A DNA stretch of 64,000 nucleotides from Camelus ferus (Eukaryota), in the NCBI RefSeq assembly GCF_009834535.1, contig NC_045697.1, positions 10,232,001 through 10,296,000 on the forward strand, in the 5' to 3' direction. Within the stretch, counting starts at the first letter, position 1; every line of letters begins with the position of its first letter. A program made the position numbers and the translations under genes. Under the pieces are notes generated by a model, which searched no databases, was not told the origin of the DNA, and was given only the letters and a program-made list of their open reading frames with translations. Below are positions 55,503 through 64,000 of this stretch, one piece after another.

Positions 55503-56084
55503 GTTGGTAGAAGTCTGTGGGTTTCTTCATTTCAAATTGGAAACTGCTCGGTAATAGGTTTTTGGAATGAAAATACCTACACTGCTCTCCAAAGTACACA
55601 GATGAAGCAGCACAGACTGAAAAATGTGATTAAAAGTTCAAATGCAAAAATGAACCAATCATTAAACAGCAAAATGCCTCTATACAATGAAAATACCATC
55701 CCTTTTTGTAGGAGTATCCAATGAAAAATAGTACCTTTTAAAAACTGCAGGAGTATTAAATAAATTCAAACTATCTGGCTAAGAGCATATTAGACTCAAC
55801 TGAGCATAAAGCTGAAACCAACCACTCTAGATCAGATTTTTTTTAAAGGATATGATTTTATACTAACTGCTTTTCATTGGAAAGAAAAATTCTCATTACT
55901 AGATAATATATATTCTCTACTGCCTGCCAGTAGTGCTGTGTGTTCATATCCTATAGCTGGATAATAAAACCTAGAGAGCCGTCTCAAACTAAAACAGTAA
56001 GCCTTGTTGGCTCAACAGTGTGGTATCACCTTGGATATTTAATTCTATTCGCTGACTAAAACGTATCCTTTAACTTCTACAGCT

Positions 56085-56545
56085 AAGTTTTCAGCCACAA
56101 TTCAATTCAAGTAACAGAAAACTTAGTTCAAACAAGCTTGAGCAAGAAAAAGAACTTACTGGCTTATTTAGGTAAAAGTTAGGGTGAGGAGCTATCAGGG
56201 CTGTACCATTTTTCCTTGTCGCCCACTCTGCCCTCCTCCACGTGACGGCATCATCCTCAGGCTGGCTTTTCTCGTGGTATCAAACGGCTGGATGGGTCCT
56301 GGCAAGACTCACATCTGCACCCACGGTTCTGACTGAGCAGGAGATCACCCATGCGCCATCACTTTTTCACAAGTTTCCTTGATCATATGCTCTTCCCTGT
56401 GGATCAACACTGAGGCCAGGGGAACAGAATGTATTAACTTAACCCAGGTCCCTGGAATTGCATGGGTTTCTATTCCAACTCAGGGATGTAAGGAAGAGGG
56501 AGGGGAACAGTGGATGGTGACCGGGTCACTAACTGGTGTCTCATA
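56085..56545 (-). mobile_element. Old MaLR LTR (MLT1K/L-like)
   Basis: caagtaacagaaaacttagttcaaacaagcttgagcaag...ttactggctta. Confidence 0.55.
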
Positions 56546-56713
56546 CACCAAGTAAATATGCTAGCAATCAAAACAAAAAGACATTTAGCTGCTTTCCATT
56601 TTCTGTATTGCTAATACATAGCTGAATAGAAAAACAAAACTAAATAAATGACTCCGAGATCTAGAAGGAACACTTCTTATTAAGAATGTTAAGAATTGCA
56701 CTCATTTATCTAG

Positions 56714-56965
<252 letters not shown>

Positions 56966-57071
56966 TTTTTTTTTCATTGTACTTTTATATCATGTTAAAA
57001 CTGTAAGATATGAGAATATTTTTTAAGCTCTACTGATCCATCAGAGGGAAGAAAATACTTGCAAATAATGA

Positions 57072-57077
57072 AATAAA
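57072..57077 (+). terminator. Probable CC2D2A polyadenylation signal
   Basis: First AATAAA ~105 nt after the stop; GT/T-rich tract (gtgtttttattt) ~30 nt downstream. Confidence 0.7.
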
Positions 57078-57512
57078 ATTAGCATTATTTTCCAAATGTG
57101 CAAAATAAGTGTTTTTATTTAGTAGTCGGCCTCGTCTCTGCCACTCTGAGCCTAAAGTCAATTGTGACTACCTAGAGCTGGCCCTTACCCTGCGAACGTC
57201 CACCTGGGTCTGTATTTGCTCACTTTCTACTTGGAATACTCTTCTTTTTTGCCTGTACGGCAGAGTATCAATCGTATTTTTAAGACCTAGTAAAAGATAC
57301 AACTTCTCTGGGGGAAGGAGAAATAACTTTGCAATATAAAATGTGTATTTTTAACAACTGAATTCCTCCCTAAGACCTTATCCTTCAAGAATACTGAGCA
57401 AGCACACACATGTACACACGTGCCCCCACATACACACACATGCACCAATTGAAGCAACAGAGTATTTTAAATATTCATCAAAAGGGAAGTAGTTTTAAAA
57501 ATTAAGACATTT

Positions 57513-57872
57513 CTCTGGACTGAATGTGTCCCCCACCTCGCCAAATTCGTATGTTGAAACCATAATCCCTAGGCAATGGTACTAGAGACAGGTAATTAGG
57601 GAGTAATTAGGTCATAAGGACGGAGCCCTCATGATGGGACGAGTGCCCTCTAAGAAGAGACACGAGAGCACACTTCCTCTCCAGGCCATGTGCGGACACA
57701 ACGAGAAGACAGCTGTCTGCAAACCAGAGAGAATTCTCACGCGACACCAGACCTGCTGGCATCCTGACTCTGGACTTTTTCAGCCTCCAGAACTGTGAGA
57801 AATGAATGCTTGCTGTTTAAGCCATCCAGCCTATGGTAATCTGTCTTAGCAGCCCAAAGTGACTAAGCCAGA
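57513..57872 (+). mobile_element. MaLR solo LTR (MLT1A-like)
   Basis: tggactgaatgtgtcccc...aaattcgtatgttgaaac...cagcctccagaactgtgagaaat...agcagcccaaagtgactaag. Confidence 0.9.
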
Positions 57873-57944
57873 CAAAGTCAGATAATATTAAAAGGGATTA
57901 AATGTGTGACATGGAGACATGTGCAAAAATAGAAATATGTAACA

Positions 57945-58155
57945 CAGGCTCCCTCAACAGCAGCACTACTGACGCTGTTCCAAGTAATCACTTGTCATGT
58001 GGGGCTCTGTGGGATGCTGAGCAGCGTCCCTGGACTCTACCCACTAGCTGCCCGCTGCATTCTTCCCCTCTGCCAAGTGCTGACAACCAAATGTGCTGTC
58101 AGATATTGCCAGATGTCCTTTATCGGATGAAATGCCTCCAGCTGAGAACCACTGA
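57945..58155 (-). mobile_element. MER20
   Basis: agcagcgtccctggactctacccacta...attgccagatgtcc...tgagaaccactg. Confidence 0.8.
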
Positions 58156-58729
58156 TGTAGCTGGAATAGTCTCACTTAAAAAAGCAAAATAAAACAAAAA
58201 CAAAACGTAAAGACAGGGGGACCAAGTTAAGGAAAAACTTTCAACTTTTGCTTTATTCTTTTATGCCCTTCTCTATCAAATTATATTATGATTATGTGTT
58301 TACATGACTCTGACACCTCTACTGTGAACTCTTCAAAGGAATTTCAAGGTCTGACCCAAAAGAGTCATTACCAATATACCATTATAGAGACAGGATAGCT
58401 TAGTGGTTAAGGGCATGAGCTTTGGAGAAATACTAGTTCTGCCAATCACTAGCTGGGTAATCCATCAGCAAGTTACTTAACCTGTTACTTAACTTCCCCG
58501 TATATAAGATCAGAGTGGTCCTGTTATCGACTTCATCACATTGCTGTCCTAATTTTAAAAGTCAGTGTATATAAAGTACTTACAACACTGCCCAGTATGT
58601 GGCACCTAGTTTGTCAGGTACCACAAGGCATTTGACATAACTGTGGCCTTTTATTCTTAAAATAAAGTTTTACTATTTCACAAAATCAATCACAAAACCA
58701 AGATAAATTTAAATCAAGTAACAATGTTT

Positions 58730-61700
58730 TATCAAGCAACATATGAATAGGAAGACCCTGAGCTCACCTAATCCACAGGCTCATAAAGATAACAACCATC
58801 TATGAGAGCAATCTGAAGACTAGCAGAAAAGATTTTCAACAACTAAGGATATAACCAAGGAACCATAATAAGATGGGTAATAGGGACAGACACAGTAGAC
58901 TCAAGACCTACTCCCTGGGTAGGCAACCCACAAACAGAAGGATAACATCAATTGCATGGGTTCTCCCCAAGAAGCAAGGGGTCCAAGTCTTGCACTGGGC
59001 TCCAGGAGTTCCACACCTGTAAGACAAACCCCTAGAAGGTCTGGTTTTGAAGGCCAGTGGGGCTTGCATATGTGAGACAGAGTGGGCTGCAGGAAACAAT
59101 TTCACTCTTAAAAGGTGCATGCAAAACCTCACTTGCTCCAAGCCCCAGTGAGGGGCGGTAATTTGAAAGAAGTCTGGGTCAGACCCACTTGCTGATCGTG
59201 GAGAGCCTCCTGGAGGGGCAGAGGGCAACTGGGACTCCCCCTGGGGACATACATGCTGGTGATGCCAGGCTAGGGGAGCTCATTCTACCACAAGGACACT
59301 AGTGCTGGCAAGCGCCATTTTGTGGTCCTCCCTTTAGTCTACTAGTGCAAAAGGCTTAACAGCTCACCAGTGGACCACTATCAGCACCAGGTCCCCTAGC
59401 CCTGAAAGCCAGGACCCCAGCCCCAAAACCAGGGGGCAAGCACCAGCCCCAGAATGCCCTGGGACATGCAGCCTGCCACAGGAGGACTCAGCCCCACCAA
59501 CAGTGCTCTAGCAGCCATCGTACAAAGCAGGCCCTGGCAGCCAAATGGGCCAGGGGCCAGCCCCACTGACAAGTACACCCACGGTAGTCAGCCCTACCAC
59601 AGCAGAGGGGCCCACACAGCTCACAGAGGGAACAACCCTAAAACATACAGCACTAGTGAGCTGATGGAAGGTGCTGCTGGGCCCCACAGGATGTCTCCCA
59701 ATGTAAATCCTCTTTTCCAACCTTGGAAGGGAAACCGGCTTACCAGGTATACAGAAATAAATAGAGAATTAGGCCAAATGTGGAGGAATATGTTTCAAAT
59801 GAGGAAAAACATCAAAACCCTAGAAGAACTACACAAAATGGAAATAAGCAATCTAACCCATAAAGAAGTCAAGATAATGATGTAAGATGCTCAACGAACT
59901 CAGAAGAATGTATGAACACAGTGAGAAGTTTAACAAATACTAGAAAATGTAAAGAAAAAAACAAACAGCTGAAAAACACAATAACTAAAATAAAAATTAA
60001 CTAGAAGGAATCAACAGTACATTAGATAATACAGAAGAATAGTCAGCGAACTGGAAGACAGAGTAGTGGAAAGTACCAAAGCTGAACAAAAAAAGAATTT
60101 TAGAAAGTGAGGGAAGTTTAAGAACCTCTGACATAACATCAAGTCTACTAACAATTGCATTACAGGGGTTCCAGGAGGAGGAGAAAGGGGCAGATAATTT
60201 ATTTGAAGAAATAACAGCTAAAAACCTCCCTAACCTGGGAAAAGAAACACATCTAGACTCAGGAAGCACAGAGAGTCCAAAGAGGTCCACACTAAGACAT
60301 ATTACAATTAAAATGGCAGAAGTTAAAGATAAAAAGAAAATATTAAAGCAGCAAGAGAAGAGCAACTAGATACATACAAGGGAACTACCCTAAGACAATC
60401 ACCAGACTTTTTAGCAGAAACAATGCAGGTCAATATATGCAAAGTGATGAAAGGAAAAAATCTAAAACCAAGGATACGTTATCTGGCAAGGCTATATGAA
60501 GGAGAGATAAAGAGTTTCAGACATGTAAAAGCTAAGAGTTCAGCATCACTAAATCAACTTTACAAGAAATGTTAAAGGAACTTATCTAAGTGAAAAAGGG
60601 TCACTATCATCCAGACAGAAAATCAATAAAGAAACACTGGCCTTAAAGGACACATTAGAACAGATGGCCTTAACAGATACGTATAGAAAATTCCATCTAA
60701 AAGCAGCACAACATACATTACTTTCAAGTGCATATGGCACATTCTTCAGGATAGATCACATGCTAGGCCACAAAACAAATCTCAGTAAATTTAAGAAGAC
60801 TGAGATCATACCAAGTATCTTTTCCAATTACAAAGCTATAAAACTAGAAATCAATTACCAAAAAAAAAAAAAAAAACAAAAACAAAACCCCACAAACACA
60901 TGGAGGCTAAACAATATACTACTAAACACCCAACAGATCACTGAAATCAAAATTTTTTTAAATACCTGGAGACAAATGAAAATGGAAACACAATGATCCA
61001 ATATCTATGGAATGCAGTAAAAGCATTTCTTGAGAGAATGTTATAAGGAAACAAACAAAAAAGCAAATACAAATCTAACCTTATACCTAGAGGAACTAGA
61101 AAAAGAATAAAAAAACACCAAAGTTAGTAGAAGGAAAGAAAAAGATCACAGCAGAAATTAATGAGACATAAATTATAAAAAAAAAAAAAAATAGAAAAGA
61201 CTAATGAAACTAAGAGCTGATTCTTTGAAAAGATAAACAAAATTGATAAACCTTTAGCTAGACTCACCCAGGTGGAAAAAAAAAAAGAGAGGCTTCAAAT
61301 AAATAAAATAAAAAATGAAAGATGAGATGTTACAACCAACACTACAGAAATACAAAGAATCATAAGAGATTATTATGAGCAGTTATATGCCAATAAAACA
61401 GACAACCTACAAGAAATGAATAAATTCCTAGAAATGTACAACCTTCCTAGACTACATTAGGAAGAAACAGAAAATATGAAAAGACAAATTACCCAGTATG
61501 AAATTGAATCAGTAATCAAAACACTCCTAATAAACTGAAGTCCAGGATCAGACAGCTTCATTGGTGAACTCTACCAAATATATGAAGAGAAATTAGCATC
61601 TATCATCAAACTATTCCAAAAACCTGAAGAGAAAGAAACCCTTCCTAACTCATTCAATGAGGACAGAATCACCCTGATACCAAAACCAAAGATACTGCAA

Positions 61701-64000
61701 AAAAAAAAAAAACAAAAAAAAACAAAAAAAACAAGACCAGTATCACTGATGAACATAGATGCAAAAAAATCCTCAATAAAATATAAGCAAACCAAATTCA
61801 ACAATCTTTAAAAGGATCATACACCATGATCAAGTGGAATTTATCCCAGGGATGCACGGATGATTCAGTATCTGCAAATCAATGAAAGTGTTATACCACC
61901 TTAACAAACAGAGTAATAAAAACCACATGATCATCTCAAGAGAAGCAGAAAAGGTTTTTGAAAAAATTCAACATCCATTTATCAAAAAAACTCTCAACAC
62001 AGTTAAGTACAGAGGGAACATACCTCAACATAATAAAGGCCAAATATGACAAATCCACAGCCAACATCACACTCAAAAGTGAAAAGCTGAAAGTTTTTCC
62101 TCTAAGATCAGGAACCAGACAAGGATGCCTACTCTTGCCACTTTCATTCATACGAAACTTTCACTCATATGCCACTTTAAACATATTACTGGAAGTCCTA
62201 GCCACAGCAATCAGACAAGAAAAAAGAATAAAAAGCAACCAAATTGGAAAGGAAAACATAAAACTGTCACTGCTTGCAGATGACATGATACAATATACAG
62301 AAAATCCTGAAGACACCACCAAAATACTATCCAAATTAATAAATGAATTCAATAAAAGTGCAGAATTCAAAATTAGTATATAGTCATTCCTCAGTATATG
62401 CAGGGGATTGGTTCCAGGACCCCCTGTGGAAACCTAAGTCTGCAGATTCTTGAGTCCCTTACAGCTGATCCTCCTTATCTGCTCAGTATCCACAGACTCA
62501 ACCAACCAGAGACTGTGGAGTATTTTCCACCTGTATTTGGTTGAATGCTGTGGATGCAGAACCCACTTTACCGAGGGCTGACTGCATGGAAATCTGCTGC
62601 ATTTCTATACAGTAACAACCAACTATCAGAAAGATAAATTAAGAAAACAATCCCATTTACAACTGCATCAAAAAGAATAAAAGATCTAGGAATAAACTTA
62701 GCCAAAGAGATAAAAGATTTGTACTCAAAAAAGTCAAGACACTGATTAAAGAAACTGAAGACTTCATAAGCAAATGGGAAGACATACCATGCTCACAGAC
62801 TGAAGAAGTAATATTGTTAAAATGATCATACTAATCAAGACAATCTACAGATTCAATGTAATCCCTGTCAAAATACCAATGCCATCTGTCACAGAACTAG
62901 AATAAATAATTCTAAAATTGAATGGAAACACAGAAGACCCTGAATAGCCAAAATGATCTTGAAAAAGAAAAACAAAGCCGGAAGTATCATGCTCCCTGAT
63001 TTCTAACTATACTACAAAACTACAGTAATTAACATGGTATGGTGCTGGCACATATAAACAAATAGATATATCAATAGAACAGAATAGAGAGTCCAGAAGT
63101 AAATCCACACTTATGACCAATTAATCTATAAGAAAGGAGGTAAGAATATATAATGGGGAAATGGAACTGGGAAAACTGGACAGCAACATGCAAAAGAATC
63201 AAATTGGACTACTTTCTCACACCACATACAAAAATAAACTCAAAATGGATTAAAGACTTAACTGTAAGATCTGAAACCATAAAACTCCCAGAATAAAACA
63301 GAGAGTATGCTCTTTGACACTGGTCTTAGCAATAGTTTGGATATGTCTTTTCAGGTAAGGGCAACAAAAGCAAAAACAAGCAAATAGGACTACATCAAAC
63401 TAAAAAGCTTTTGTACAGCAAAAATTAAAAACTCTCAAAACAAAAAGGCAGCCTATTGAATGGGAGAAGATATTTGTAAATGATTTATCTGACAAAGGGT
63501 TAATATTCAAAATACACAAAGAACTCATACAACTTGACATCAAAAAAAACAAACCAACAGATTAAAAAATGGACAAAGGATCTGAATATTTTTCCAAAAA
63601 CATACAGATGGCCAACAGACGCATGAAAAGATGCTCAACATCACAATAACCAGGGAAATGCAAATCAAAACCACCGTGAGATACCATCTCACACCTATCA
63701 GAATGGCTATCAACCAAAAGCCAACAAATAACAAGTGCTGGCGACATGTGGAGAAAAGGGAACCCTTGTGAGCTGTAGATGGGACTGTAAGTTGAGGCAG
63801 CCCCTATGGAAAACAGTATGGAGGTTCCTCAAAAATTTTAAAGTAGAATGCCGTATTACCCAACAATTTCCCTTCTGAGTATATCTGAAGAAAACAAAAA
63901 CACTAAGTCGAAAAGTTACATGCACTCCAGTGTTCACTGCTACATTACTTACAACCCAGCCATTATATGGAAGCAACCTAAGTGTCCACGGAAAGAAAAA
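58730..64000 (+). mobile_element. Near full-length, inactivated LINE-1 (5' UTR, ORF1, ORF2) running off the window
   Basis: GC-rich 5' UTR to ~59700; ORF1 remnants to 60589; ORF2 remnants RIDHMLGHK (EN end) and RSGTRQGCLL...LLADDMI (RT); many stops and frameshifts. Confidence 0.95.
62381..62584 (+). mobile_element. MER2-like Tc1/mariner (Tigger) MITE nested in L1 ORF2
   Basis: agtcattcctcagtat...gggattggttccaggacccc...gagggctgactg terminal inverted repeats; L1 resumes on both sides. Confidence 0.85.

Overview
Mammalian genomic DNA, most likely a camelid, judged from four copies of a Vic-1-like tRNA-derived SINE. The window holds the 3' part of the ciliary transition-zone gene CC2D2A (MKS6/JBTS9) on the + strand. 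I read 21 constitutive coding exons from 2258 to the TAA stop at 56963-56965, numbered 18-38 by analogy with the human gene as I recall it, followed by a short 3' UTR with AATAAA at 57072. Introns contain L1, L2, MIR, MaLR/ERV LTR and MER elements, and a long decayed L1 runs from about 58730 off the window end. Three things stand out and none is in the ORF track. (1) Two frame-preserving microexons: 15 nt at 23774-23788 (adds SEGSG) and 21 nt at 36867-36887 (MSDMLKK). Both have upstream UGC motifs, and the second has a downstream UAG cluster typical of Musashi-activated photoreceptor exons. (2) Exon 26 is 1 nt too long (extra A near 28522), which frameshifts an essential gene unless a tandem acceptor 7 nt inside exon 27 is used. 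(3) A local ~130-bp duplication brackets exon 23. I see no CRISPR array, RNA gene, second protein-coding gene or wholly new system. Repeat subfamily names are by eye and approximate.
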